IMG/VR virus record: IMGVR_UViG_3300014205_000224
Coordinates: 3,162-67,161 of that record
DNA from: a virus
Taxonomy: Duplodnaviria > Caudoviricetes
DNA length: 64,000 nucleotides
Direction: 5' to 3' (one strand)
Under the pieces are notes generated by a model that did no database searches, was not told where the DNA came from, and saw only the letters and a list, made by a program, of their open reading frames with translations. Positions 47,834-57,450 of the stretch are shown here, piece after piece (position 1 is the stretch's first letter; every line of letters starts with the position of its first letter). The translations under genes were made by a program, and so were the position numbers.

Positions 47834-48306
47834 TTCACAGTCTTACAAGCATACAGAACTGCGTGGGTATGGATGATGTTCTTCACGCCCCGCAGATCAT
47901 GTATCAGCACGTTCTTGAACTTCGCCTTGATACCATATAGTCCTCTCAGTTCATCCTCAATGTAATAATCCCATGAGTTTGCGTTCCAGAAACTGACGTG
48001 AGTCGGATCTTGAAATGCTCCCCTGCCATCGGTGCTGGGAGTTAGTGTGTCAAACTTGCCACCAGGAACAAGTACTCGATACACCTCTTCGATCAGCGGG
48101 ATAACACAAGATGGTTTGATGTGCTCAAGAAAGTCATAGGCTCGTACCTCTATCACGCTGTCGTTCTCATAAGGCAAGCCCTCTGTCACATCAAGAACTA
48201 CATCCGGCAGCACATTCAACTTCTCATCCCTCCGCATATCAATATTAACATACCCTGCAATCTTCCTCTGCCCACATCCTAGGTTCAATCTTATCTCTTC
48301 TGGCAT
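47830..48306 (-). CDS. Class I SAM-dependent methyltransferase (Methyltransf_11-like)
   Basis: RLNLGCG, GYVNID, DFLEHI, EVYRVLVPGG, QDPTH. Confidence 0.85.
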   Translation of the reverse strand: MPEEIRLNLGCGQRKIAGYVNIDMRRDEKLNVLPDVVLDVTEGLPYENDSVIEVRAYDFLEHIKPSCVIPLIEEVYRVLVPGGKFDTLTPSTDGRGAFQDPTHVSFWNANSWDYYIEDELRGLYGIKAKFKNVLIHDLRGVKNIIHTHAVLYACKTVN

Positions 48307-48536
48307 TAGTCTTGTCCTTTCTGGAAATGTGTAATGTTGACTGTCGGTTCAAGTGCTTTGCACACAACCTTCGATTCAAGCACTACAAATGTATGCCCTA
48401 GTTCAAGTTTGGCTAACCGTGTCGCTTCGTCCACGGCATCCTGTTTAGAGTAATGCATCTTGCTTACCAGATTACCATCACCCCCTACCACAGGTATTTT
48501 CCATATAACCCAAAATCTATTGCATCCCATCTTCAC
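48306..48536 (-). CDS. Hypothetical protein
   Basis: FWVIW...H.S...A..EA.RLA pattern; coupled ORF. Confidence 0.6.
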   Translation of the reverse strand: MKMGCNRFWVIWKIPVVGGDGNLVSKMHYSKQDAVDEATRLAKLELGHTFVVLESKVVCKALEPTVNITHFQKGQD

Positions 48537-48718
48537 TTCCTCCTTGCCGGTCTAGAAAAATGTATCGTCACGCACACCCCGATCACGCATATCAACATCA
48601 CGTACATCATTATGACTGGTTTAAGCAAGTCGCTCGCCTTGTCATATACCTCCGGTGCAGCAGTCGTGACGATGAGTATTAGCGCCATCCCGAATATTGC
48701 TCCGATGTCCGACTTCAT
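48533..48718 (-). CDS. Small membrane protein
   Basis: Two hydrophobic helices. Confidence 0.55.
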   Translation of the reverse strand: MKSDIGAIFGMALILIVTTAAPEVYDKASDLLKPVIMMYVMLICVIGVCVTIHFSRPARRK

Positions 48719-48722
48719 TGTA

Positions 48723-49037
48723 CTATCCTCCTTTCTGGATTATCTCATGTATCTGTTTCACGATATGAACCATCCTTGGAGAAAGGTCTGTCCTGGTATC
48801 CAATTCGGCACCAAGAACCTTCACTGTTTCTTTCATGTATTCGCCTGTATAAAACGAGCCAAATAAATACTCACGAAAGGGCCGCAATTTCATCTTTTCT
48901 GGAACAGAATGATTCCATACCATGAGCAAGACATAGAATAAATGGTGTGTACTCATAGTCCCTGGATCATGGAACGTGCCTTTCTGATCCCGCCATTTAA
49001 ACTTCACTATACTATCCCCCTTTCTCTTCAGCAACAT
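48723..49037 (-). CDS. Hypothetical protein
   Basis: Tiling ORF; MSTHHLFY..LMVWNH. Confidence 0.55.
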   Translation of the reverse strand: MLLKRKGDSIVKFKWRDQKGTFHDPGTMSTHHLFYVLLMVWNHSVPEKMKLRPFREYLFGSFYTGEYMKETVKVLGAELDTRTDLSPRMVHIVKQIHEIIQKGG

Positions 49038-49236
49038 CTCTCCAATAATCCCTTGCCTCTTCCGCTCTCTTAACTAACTGCAATGACGCTATGTATGTTT
49101 CACGCAAGTTCCTAAGTTTCTCTCTGGCTTCATCCCGTTCTTGCGTTAGCTCTTTAATAGCAGCATCCACTTCATCTGCCAAGTACATCTGATTACAACT
49201 TCCCATACTACCGATCAATAGTTTGTTGAGTTTCAC
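49012..49236 (-). CDS. Coiled-coil hypothetical protein
   Basis: Tiling ORF. Confidence 0.55.
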   Translation of the reverse strand: MKLNKLLIGSMGSCNQMYLADEVDAAIKELTQERDEAREKLRNLRETYIASLQLVKRAEEARDYWRDVAEEKGG

Positions 49237-49481
49237 TTCTCTTCTCCTCTCCTATAAACAAAGTCTGTTAACCATCGCACTCCCTTTCTCCGTTCTACTC
49301 TCGTAATATCAGCCTTATGCAGAACGGCGAAGTTCCATGCTTTTCTGAAAGTTTTGATTATTACATCACTTGAATACCCATGCCCTTGCGATAGGTCTTT
49401 CGTGAAGTACTTCTCTTGATCGTCCCACCACATATGAGGAACATGCACTAGATAGAATATCTTTCTGCGTGATCTACTCAC
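49233..49481 (-). CDS. Hypothetical protein
   Basis: Tiling ORF. Confidence 0.55.
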   Translation of the reverse strand: MSRSRRKIFYLVHVPHMWWDDQEKYFTKDLSQGHGYSSDVIIKTFRKAWNFAVLHKADITRVERRKGVRWLTDFVYRRGEEK

Positions 49482-49890
49482 CCTTCCCTCCTTTCAGCCA
49501 AATCAGGAGCAGGGCAGCGGCATCTGCGGGGTTGGGGTTAGTCGCTGCGCATAATTCATCCTTGATATAATTTTGATACCCTACCCACGCTTCATTGTTC
49601 CCCTTTTCATAACGAAGACAGAATGTAGAGTAATCATTATTACTATCTTCTATTCTAACTGGCAGCACATCCAGTAGCTCCGTGAAGGTATAGGCGGGGT
49701 AATACGCACCATGAATATCCTTCATAGGCAATAGTGTGTTGACTATTCCCGTTGACGTCCTGTCACTTATCCATCCACATTCTGATTCCATTCTTATCCC
49801 TGCCTCTGACAACTTCTTAGCTATGGGAAAGGTTATGTAATTGCGTTCATCCATCTTCTTTCTCCTTTCAGGCGGAGGCGTTCTCGCCAC
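49474..49890 (-). CDS. Hypothetical phage protein
   Basis: IAKKLSEAGI...PAYTFTELLDVLP recurrent pattern. Confidence 0.65.
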   Translation of the reverse strand: MARTPPPERRKKMDERNYITFPIAKKLSEAGIRMESECGWISDRTSTGIVNTLLPMKDIHGAYYPAYTFTELLDVLPVRIEDSNNDYSTFCLRYEKGNNEAWVGYQNYIKDELCAATNPNPADAAALLLIWLKGGKGE

Positions 49891-49912
49891 ACCCCCGCCA
49901 AGTCATCATCCC

Positions 49913-50236
49913 TTACTGCATTGTTTTTGGTGCGTCAAAGAATGTCGCCGCATTTTCCGCATACTTCTTACCTGCCTCGCCTCTGGCACTCTTTACACTT
50001 GACACCGTGGCGATTACATTGTCTATTACTGTTTCAAATTTCTTCTGGCTGTCGCATAACATGGATAAAGCCCCGATCAGAGCAGGCACAATGAACGTCC
50101 TCTCCTGCTCATTCAAACTCTTGCTGATTGCATCCACCGATATGAACAGCCTTGTCGCATACTTCTGAATCTTCCTGAGCTTATACGCCCAGTACAAATC
50201 CTTCACCCACTCTACCACATTTCTAATCATACTCAC
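49913..50236 (-). CDS. Hypothetical protein
   Basis: ORF with RBS. Confidence 0.55.
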   Translation of the reverse strand: MSMIRNVVEWVKDLYWAYKLRKIQKYATRLFISVDAISKSLNEQERTFIVPALIGALSMLCDSQKKFETVIDNVIATVSSVKSARGEAGKKYAENAATFFDAPKTMQ

Positions 50237-50424
50237 GCTCCTTCCACTTATCTCGGCAGATACTTCCGACCATTATCCCAAACCACAGCCAAAAGTATAT
50301 CATCCCAACAAATGCAAGCAGAACATTTCCCGTGCAGAACAACAGAAACATTCCGATGCACATATGCGTCCTCGGCTTGAACGCCAACTTATCACCCCCC
50401 TTCCAATCGGTAGGGTGAGCTATT

Positions 50425-50919
50425 TCAGTCCTTCGAAATATCCCCTAGCTTTGGTTCGGTACTCCCGAACTGTTCGATATGCCTGCCGTCCGTGCTCTCG
50501 ATGCTAGTGTTATCGCTTCCGTTCTCCTCGTCATCCTTCACCACTTTCCTGAACACAGGAATAAACACTACCTCCTTCACCAAGTGCTTGCTCTTTCCTC
50601 TATCCATCAGATGCTTTTCTTCTTCCTCGTCCCAAATGCAATAACACTTTGAACGCTCGCTCGTGAACAGATCAAAGCACACATAGACCTTCACAATGCG
50701 AGTATCCAGAACTCGTACCAGCATGTATATCACGTTATTAGGTACACCCTTGTAGCCAGCGACTTTCTGAAGTATATAATTCATCTCCTCTGCATCATAC
50801 CACTTCACAAGTATATACACATCGGACTCGCTGTTCATCACCTCGCCTACCAGACGCTGTTTCAGTTTCATCACCTCCTTTACGATTTCTTCTTGGTTCC
50901 GCAAACTGTGCATGTCCAT
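50425..50919 (-). CDS. Hypothetical protein
   Basis: 164-aa ORF. Confidence 0.55.
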   Translation of the reverse strand: MDMHSLRNQEEIVKEVMKLKQRLVGEVMNSESDVYILVKWYDAEEMNYILQKVAGYKGVPNNVIYMLVRVLDTRIVKVYVCFDLFTSERSKCYCIWDEEEEKHLMDRGKSKHLVKEVVFIPVFRKVVKDDEENGSDNTSIESTDGRHIEQFGSTEPKLGDISKD

Positions 50920-51046
50920 GCCTGTTGTTTGTTGTCAATTGACTCGTTATGAACTCTCTGCTGCTTTCCGTAGTGTTCATCCTGGTGCTCGTGTTTACAC
51001 CCGCAGAACATTATCTTTGTCTGTGCCATGATATCCCTCTCCTTTC

Positions 51047-51310
51047 TTATGGTTCAATTCCATCTTCAATAGCCGCATGAAGCACCCTTGCCATTTCCAT
51101 GATAAGTTTCGGAACATCGGGAAGTCCTTCCTTTGGAACCGTAGCGCTATTTAGCGTGATTGACATGTTGCAAACTGTGAAGGAAAACGCAAAGCCTCCG
51201 TCAGTATCTTTCTGCACCACGCATTTGATTGCCAATGGCAGTTTGTTGCTTACCGGATCACTCTGGTATATCTTTCTTACCATCCTGTACTCTTTCTCTC
51301 CGACCATCAC
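51047..51310 (-). CDS. Hypothetical protein
   Basis: AGGAGG RBS. Confidence 0.6.
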   Translation of the reverse strand: MMVGEKEYRMVRKIYQSDPVSNKLPLAIKCVVQKDTDGGFAFSFTVCNMSITLNSATVPKEGLPDVPKLIMEMARVLHAAIEDGIEP

Positions 51311-51320
51311 CTTCCTCCTT

Positions 51321-51536
51321 TCATGATCCCTTCGGCCTGTGCGGCCAGTTCTTTGTCTTTCCGTGACATCTTCGGCAGAGTATCTCGATGTTTCCGGGAC
51401 TCACATTCCTCTTATTCCCATCCTTGTGATGCCGCATGAGATCCTCCGTGCTCCCACACTTGGCACACTTTCGCCCTGCCAGACTCACGCTTCTCTGTGT
51501 TCGTTTCTCTCCCGTGTAATCTTCCTTCTTTGCCAT
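51321..51536 (-). CDS. Minimal HNH endonuclease-like protein
   Basis: CAKCG...HHKDGNKRN...N...LCRRCH. Confidence 0.8.
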   Translation of the reverse strand: MAKKEDYTGEKRTQRSVSLAGRKCAKCGSTEDLMRHHKDGNKRNVSPGNIEILCRRCHGKTKNWPHRPKGS

Positions 51537-53113
51537 TAACCCTCCGTTTCTGGGGTGGTTGTCCCTACCGCTGCACCATCCTCCGGCACATCACCAACCC
51601 TGATCCTGTTGAAATACTCGTTGATTTCCCTTGTTACTTCCTGCGATAATTCCGATGGCATCCTTGCTGCTCGCCTTACTGGTTGTCCTGCTTCCAGTAC
51701 TGGCCTGCGTGTTCGGACTAATGTTTCCCTTGATGCATCAACTGGCTCCTCTCTTGTTGGTGGCGGCGGTATTGGGTTTGCCAACCTTACTGCTGTTGTA
51801 CTGAGCGTAGTGGCATCAGCCGTGCAATACGTCACGTAATCATTATACGCCATCTTCGCCTTCGAATACTTCGGCGTTATCGTCTTCTCAGCCTTCTTCT
51901 CAAAGAACAGCCCTCTCTTATCAACCCTCCTCACCGACTTACTTTCCTTGTCATAGTAATGCATATACCGATTACCAGTATAGCACATGGTTGATGCCAC
52001 CGTTGCATCTGCACAGAACTTCGACATAAACCGCCCGTCCTTTTCCATGAACTCTATCACAGCCTTGGTAACTGCATCAAGTGTTTCCTTTTCCATGGGC
52101 GGAGGAGTTGTGTGGTAGTTTGACATCAGTATCATCGCTGCCGTCATATCGCAAAGTATTGTTTCGTAATTGATTTCACCCATGTTCATCCCGTAACTTT
52201 CCCGCTTGACAATATGCCCAGAGAAGTGAACTAACTCACGGAAATAGTTGAACAATAACTCGTCGCCAGATTCTATAGTGGCATAGACAGGAACCTCCAT
52301 GTAGAATGTGCCATCTTTCCTCGGCATAACCTTGAACCGATTTCCTATCGTTGTAACGATTGCATATGACGACAACTGCTGCCGGATATTTGAAACCGCA
52401 GATTCATGGGTCAACCGATAAAGATCGTTCTCCGCAAAAGGTTCCCTATAACAGCTCATTACATTGTCATTGTTAAAGAACGGATAGTTCCACAGCCGCA
52501 TCCGCCTGGACAGTTCCGAATCAGGATCAACTTCATTTTCAAACGGATGTATTTTGATATCATCAATATTCATGAATATCGAGGGGTTACAATATGCAAT
52601 CCATCTTGATGTATCAGCGCTCATCGAACTGTCAATATAATACGCCATCGCCTGATAACCCAGTCCATACTCAGCGAAATCAATAGCCCTTCCCTTGGCT
52701 ATGTCACTTGCGTGTTCCTTCGGCCTGGTATGATACGAGCACACCGGAACCCCTATCTTCCTGAACTCTGATGGCTTTGGAATTATAATCGTGCCATCCA
52801 ATCTTGTAGGCGCTGGTTCCAGCTCCCTTGTAAAATTACCCCTTTCTTCCCTGATTCTGTTCCGTATCGGATCATACCCTCGTGCTACTTCTCTCAATCC
52901 CGACGGTGACATCCATCCCTGACAGTTCCTACCTGTTGACATCAGCGCCATTGCCACAAGGAATGACATATCCATACCACCAGCCATGTCCCTTGGGAAT
53001 CTATGTATCTTCTCGTTGAACCATGGAACAACGCCCTCCCGCTTGATATTCTCATATATAAACTTGCAAATCACATCAACAGGATTTGCCTTTACCTTAG
53101 AACTTTTCGCCAT
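51536..53113 (-). CDS. ArdC-like antirestriction/ssDNA-binding protein with a degenerate zincin motif
   Basis: N-terminal I..GVVPW...GW pattern; FRELVHFSGH in place of FHELxHxTGH; start refined. Confidence 0.5.
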   Translation of the reverse strand: MAKSSKVKANPVDVICKFIYENIKREGVVPWFNEKIHRFPRDMAGGMDMSFLVAMALMSTGRNCQGWMSPSGLREVARGYDPIRNRIREERGNFTRELEPAPTRLDGTIIIPKPSEFRKIGVPVCSYHTRPKEHASDIAKGRAIDFAEYGLGYQAMAYYIDSSMSADTSRWIAYCNPSIFMNIDDIKIHPFENEVDPDSELSRRMRLWNYPFFNNDNVMSCYREPFAENDLYRLTHESAVSNIRQQLSSYAIVTTIGNRFKVMPRKDGTFYMEVPVYATIESGDELLFNYFRELVHFSGHIVKRESYGMNMGEINYETILCDMTAAMILMSNYHTTPPPMEKETLDAVTKAVIEFMEKDGRFMSKFCADATVASTMCYTGNRYMHYYDKESKSVRRVDKRGLFFEKKAEKTITPKYSKAKMAYNDYVTYCTADATTLSTTAVRLANPIPPPPTREEPVDASRETLVRTRRPVLEAGQPVRRAARMPSELSQEVTREINEYFNRIRVGDVPEDGAAVGTTTPETEG

Positions 53114-53363
53114 TGTCACTCTCCTTTCCAATATCCAGCCTGAGCTGCCGTTCTTTTACCGTTCTCTTGCACTCACTTCTGAACTCTCTTTCCACGCTCT
53201 CCCTCTCTTCCTTTGTCATGCCACCTTTCCGTTTATCCAGAACTATATACCACCTACTACCACGAGGACTACATCTCCTCGGAATAATATCAGCATATTT
53301 TCTCCTTAGTGATAGCATGACATCGACCAGCTCGTTAGCCTTGACGTACTTGACTACCACCAT
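53097..53363 (-). CDS. Hypothetical protein
   Basis: Tiling ORF. Confidence 0.5.
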   Translation of the reverse strand: MVVVKYVKANELVDVMLSLRRKYADIIPRRCSPRGSRWYIVLDKRKGGMTKEERESVEREFRSECKRTVKERQLRLDIGKESDNGEKF

Positions 53364-53374
53364 ATCATCACCCC

Positions 53375-54817
53375 CTATCCTGCCACGAATCTGTTAGGAT
53401 CGACGTCATGGTTGGTATGTTTGGGAAACGAATCTCCGCAGATGATGTCAAAGCACGCACTACATACATAGACACCATCGGAACCCTGAACTGTATCCTT
53501 GTCATTCGGGTCGATGTATTCGTAACAGTTATAGCATTGAGCCATGCCGTTTACTATTCCCTCGACCCACACAGGTTTGTCGTCCACGCTGTTTATCGCT
53601 TCTCCTGTTGATTTCTGCTTCGCTGTTTCCTTGACGACCGTATCTATGACCTGTTGTAATGCTGCTTGGGAAGCACCCATTGATCTCGCTACTACGCCAG
53701 CTTCAACAATTTCCTTGGTAACTGCTTCGTTCGCCTTGTTCACATCGCTCGTTGTAATATCAATGACGTCTTTGTTGTCCTTATCTGCCTTGGCTTTTTC
53801 TGCCAGCCTCGCCGCTTCCTTGGCATCCTGTATCGCCTTCTGCTGTTCCTCATTAATTCGCTTGCCAAGATCACCCTTCCTTACAATCTCGTATACCCTG
53901 CTCTTTCTGTTGTAATCGCTAACCTTTACCGGATTGCACGGCGGTATGCAGCCTTCTCTCAACGCGTCCTGATAATCATTCTGGTTCTTGAATCCATACG
54001 TATCACCGTTTCTGAATATCCTGATGGCATATGTGTCTTCGAACTCCGCCGGTCTTTCCCAAAGCAGGAACTTGTTGTTGGCTCCGATCTGTCTAATGAC
54101 CACCTTGTTCTTGCTAATATCCGCAACATTGTCCTTCTTGTTCTTCGGGTCGTACTTGCTAGCCCTGCTGTTGTACCCGCCGTACCCAAACATCGAGTAA
54201 TCGTAGTACCCACCGTTGTCACTAGTGTATTTCCAGTTCTCCCAGGATGGATAGTTCGAATACAAACACTTGTCTTTGCCCTCATGAAACTTCCCGAACG
54301 TCAGTATCTTCTCGCCGCTCATCACGACCATCCGATCACCAATCAACAACCGATCCATAATATTCGTGTACCTTTCGAAACTTGCCACGTCCCAATCCCA
54401 CACATAATCTTTGATGAACATGGCGGTGTCCGACAAATCGCTATTCCTGAAACTTTTCGTATATGAAAACACTCCGTTGTGTGCAACAGCTGTATCGCAC
54501 AATAGCCTTGTCTTTCCCAGCTGCACCGGATCATTTGTCACAGGAAATGGATGACAATTCTCATCTCCCACCTTGCCATGCGTGGCGAACCTGAAATGAA
54601 AGGCGACGTTGAACTTGACCACATTGTCCTTGCCATTGCAGATATGATACAACAACTTCATCATACCCTTGACAGTCTTGAACCCCTTGCATATCGCAAC
54701 CTTCTTCTCAAGCTGCAACATGAATCCCATGCCGTCCTTATTCCTCTCGCTGATATCCTGCAACGTTTTCTTCTCTGGGAGTTCGATCCCCTTCTTCTTG
54801 ATTATGATCATACACAT
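53375..54817 (-). CDS. Class II (Ntn) glutamine amidotransferase with a long C-terminal extension and Zn finger
   Basis: MC N-terminus, N.DG.G, HFRFATHG, NCHPF, AHNG, SDT; C-terminal CYNC...CSAC. Confidence 0.85.
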   Translation of the reverse strand: MCMIIIKKKGIELPEKKTLQDISERNKDGMGFMLQLEKKVAICKGFKTVKGMMKLLYHICNGKDNVVKFNVAFHFRFATHGKVGDENCHPFPVTNDPVQLGKTRLLCDTAVAHNGVFSYTKSFRNSDLSDTAMFIKDYVWDWDVASFERYTNIMDRLLIGDRMVVMSGEKILTFGKFHEGKDKCLYSNYPSWENWKYTSDNGGYYDYSMFGYGGYNSRASKYDPKNKKDNVADISKNKVVIRQIGANNKFLLWERPAEFEDTYAIRIFRNGDTYGFKNQNDYQDALREGCIPPCNPVKVSDYNRKSRVYEIVRKGDLGKRINEEQQKAIQDAKEAARLAEKAKADKDNKDVIDITTSDVNKANEAVTKEIVEAGVVARSMGASQAALQQVIDTVVKETAKQKSTGEAINSVDDKPVWVEGIVNGMAQCYNCYEYIDPNDKDTVQGSDGVYVCSACFDIICGDSFPKHTNHDVDPNRFVAG

Positions 54818-55178
54818 CGTCGTGCTCTCCTTTCTTTTTTATGGCATTAATTCTGGAGATGATCTTCTCCTCAAGTAAGTTCATCTTATTCGTTATCTGA
54901 TCCCTCAACCTTTCCCATGTCCTTCCATGTTCATTTGAATTATCCAACACATGGGCAAGCTCGTGGCATAACGCTTCCCGTATCATTTCAATGTCCTTAC
55001 ATCTCTCGGCATTGAATATTATATCCACGGCGGAACTGGCATCCTGCTGAAACCTTACTGCGCTGATTATATCATTAGGCAACTCCGTAGACATAGACAG
55101 CACAACCTTGACCGGCTTCTCGTAATGGTCACGCAGTATGACTTCCGCCATAGTTTTAAGCCTCTTCCATTTTATCAT
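54738..55178 (-). CDS. SprT-like zincin metallopeptidase
   Basis: ALCHELAHV.....HGRTW. Confidence 0.7.
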   Translation of the reverse strand: MIKWKRLKTMAEVILRDHYEKPVKVVLSMSTELPNDIISAVRFQQDASSAVDIIFNAERCKDIEMIREALCHELAHVLDNSNEHGRTWERLRDQITNKMNLLEEKIISRINAIKKKGEHDDVYDHNQEEGDRTPREENVAGYQREE

Positions 55179-55200
55179 AATGGACTCCTTTCTGCTTGCG

Positions 55201-57171
55201 TTATCTCCTTCTTAATCTCGCAAGGTCGTATTTTGATCTGACATACCTGTTGGCTATTGAAAACTTGACAACAGCATTGATAATAGAATCGAGTGCGTTT
55301 TCCTGCGCTGCTGTGATATCCTCCGCAGTTTTGATGCCCTTCCATATCCTCGGAATGACAATAGATTCCCTGCACCCGATCTCTGTTCCGTCCTTTGCCT
55401 TGTGCGGAACCAACGGCAGGTACTCAGCATAAGCATGTGTAAGCGCCTCTGGATTCTTGAATCCTGCCTTGATCAACGTGTTCATGTAATCATTGTAATA
55501 ACTTCTTGTTGTAGACGCATTGAACATCATCAGGCTGTCGATCTTGGTATAGGTATCTGGAACTGACTTTCTCACATCCTTGTGGTCAGGGTCAAGCAAG
55601 CCAATTGTCACATCCGAGTCCAATCCCCAATCATCGTTGTTGCAGCGTGCATCCAGTCTGGTGCTCAGCCATTCCGCAATACACGCTGGAACCGCATGCC
55701 CTTTCCCAATCACAAACAAACTCTCATACTTATTCTTGGGTTCCTTCATTCCCTTCTTGTCATTCAAATCACACCACAGGGCAACGATATCCCGTTTTGG
55801 AATCTTGTTGTTGGTGTAATCCTGAATGAAGTCGATGAAATACCGATATTCCTCTCTCTCCAGCTTGCACACATCATAGTAACTCTGTTCGGTAGCGGCA
55901 AATATCGCTCCATGATGAGGGTCATTACAGCTCTCAATATCATACTTCACATCATTACCCTCTGCCATGTGCATCATGATTGCCTGACCGATCTTCAGCA
56001 CCAGCTTAAAGAACTTCGGCTCAGCACATACAGCACTTGGCAGCGTTCTGTATTCAAATCCATGCGGCTCAGTTCGATACGCTGACATGGCACCGTATCC
56101 CCTACCCTGATCTCCCTTGCCTCGCTTTCTTCCATTCATTACCGAACATGGATACCCCAGGAAATGATCGAACATCTTGAGGTTCTCAGGCGTAGGCATG
56201 ATTGTTCCCAACTCATTCACGCTGAAGTGTATATGGCAGCCGATTGGATACACATTGCCCTCGACGCTCAGCCTTACATCCTTGATCGTTTCAATCAGGG
56301 ACTTCATGTTCTCAATGACTTGATCTGGATCATCCGACGGTGCAGGTCTTAATTCCAAACTCTCCCCTGTACCATCTGCTCCCACAGGAACGCCGGTTCC
56401 AGTTATGCCGATCTCTGCCGGAACAAACACCTTCCCATTGCCATCCACAACCTCGAACTCAGGATCGCACCCCAGCTTTATCACGTGCTTTTTCTTTTCC
56501 TTCTTGTTCGGTTGGCTTATCTCACTCAGCACGTTCATCTCAATCAACCTGGCTATCAGCCGCCCCAGTATATCAGCGCCATATTCCGTATGAGTTATGT
56601 CCGACAGCAACAATGAACTTGTAGCCACAAGATACACACCAATGACCGATTTCCTTGTAACTGGTTTGCCTGCCTTGTTCGTCCTCGTGTAACTCATCCG
56701 AATCACAATCGTTTCGTTTGCTGAAGCAGAGTTCCGTTTCCCTGACTTGATGAACTCATCCGCCGCCCTGAGAATCTGCTGCAACTGCGTGCACTTGTCG
56801 AATATAGTATCACTCATAACAATATCCCAGTCCAAATCCGGCAACTCTCTCCCTGTAACTTTGGATATCTTCTTTGTTCCGCTGCCGTATATTGCGCTGA
56901 CATCCAAGTCCAGCATAGTTATCAGATCCACGCTACTGTCCAGTATATACCTCTTTGCCAGTTCTGTAAAATTGTTCCTCAAATTATCATACACCGACAG
57001 GAACCTCACCAGCGTATTGACATTCTGACAACCCGACGTATGATTCGATATTGTGTTGAAATACTTGTGCAATTCCAGCTTATCAATTGCCTGTGGCATA
57101 TACTCAGAGTACCTCGATCCGCTTGCCGATGCCTTGTTTATCTTACCTTTCAACTTGATTACTTCCGCCAT
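55201..57171 (-). CDS. phiEco32-type COOH-NH2 ligase (type 2 amidoligase) with N- and C-terminal extensions
   Basis: LGCDPEF, GADG...ELRPAP, PIGCHIHF, GFEYRTLPS. Confidence 0.8.
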   Translation of the reverse strand: MAEVIKLKGKINKASASGSRYSEYMPQAIDKLELHKYFNTISNHTSGCQNVNTLVRFLSVYDNLRNNFTELAKRYILDSSVDLITMLDLDVSAIYGSGTKKISKVTGRELPDLDWDIVMSDTIFDKCTQLQQILRAADEFIKSGKRNSASANETIVIRMSYTRTNKAGKPVTRKSVIGVYLVATSSLLLSDITHTEYGADILGRLIARLIEMNVLSEISQPNKKEKKKHVIKLGCDPEFEVVDGNGKVFVPAEIGITGTGVPVGADGTGESLELRPAPSDDPDQVIENMKSLIETIKDVRLSVEGNVYPIGCHIHFSVNELGTIMPTPENLKMFDHFLGYPCSVMNGRKRGKGDQGRGYGAMSAYRTEPHGFEYRTLPSAVCAEPKFFKLVLKIGQAIMMHMAEGNDVKYDIESCNDPHHGAIFAATEQSYYDVCKLEREEYRYFIDFIQDYTNNKIPKRDIVALWCDLNDKKGMKEPKNKYESLFVIGKGHAVPACIAEWLSTRLDARCNNDDWGLDSDVTIGLLDPDHKDVRKSVPDTYTKIDSLMMFNASTTRSYYNDYMNTLIKAGFKNPEALTHAYAEYLPLVPHKAKDGTEIGCRESIVIPRIWKGIKTAEDITAAQENALDSIINAVVKFSIANRYVRSKYDLARLRRR

Positions 57172-57364
57172 TATTGTTGTTCTCCTTTCTCTTTTCTATC
57201 AGCATTACAGCACCGTTCTTGGCTATCACCCGCTTGCACGCCTCAACTCTGCTCTCCTTCTGGTGCTGTGGGAAAAAACGAGTGGACATTTCGGAAAGCA
57301 TGATTTCGTGTAGCCTCTGTTCTGCGTTCGCAAACCTACTTACTTCATTCGCCTTGCTATCCAT
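57143..57364 (-). CDS. Hypothetical protein
   Basis: Tiling ORF with RBS. Confidence 0.5.
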   Translation of the reverse strand: MDSKANEVSRFANAEQRLHEIMLSEMSTRFFPQHQKESRVEACKRVIAKNGAVMLIEKRKENNNNGGSNQVER

Positions 57365-57385
57365 AGCTGTTCTCCGTAGTAATAG

Positions 57386-57413
57386 AAAAAGGCGGGAGAT
57401 TTCTCCCCCGCCC
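57386..57413 (-). terminator. Rho-independent terminator
   Basis: GGCGGG..AGA/TCTCCCGCC stem plus U5 on the minus strand. Confidence 0.7.
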
Positions 57414-57450
57414 TTCGTGCTAATAACAGAGCTGCATCGCAGCCTTTACA

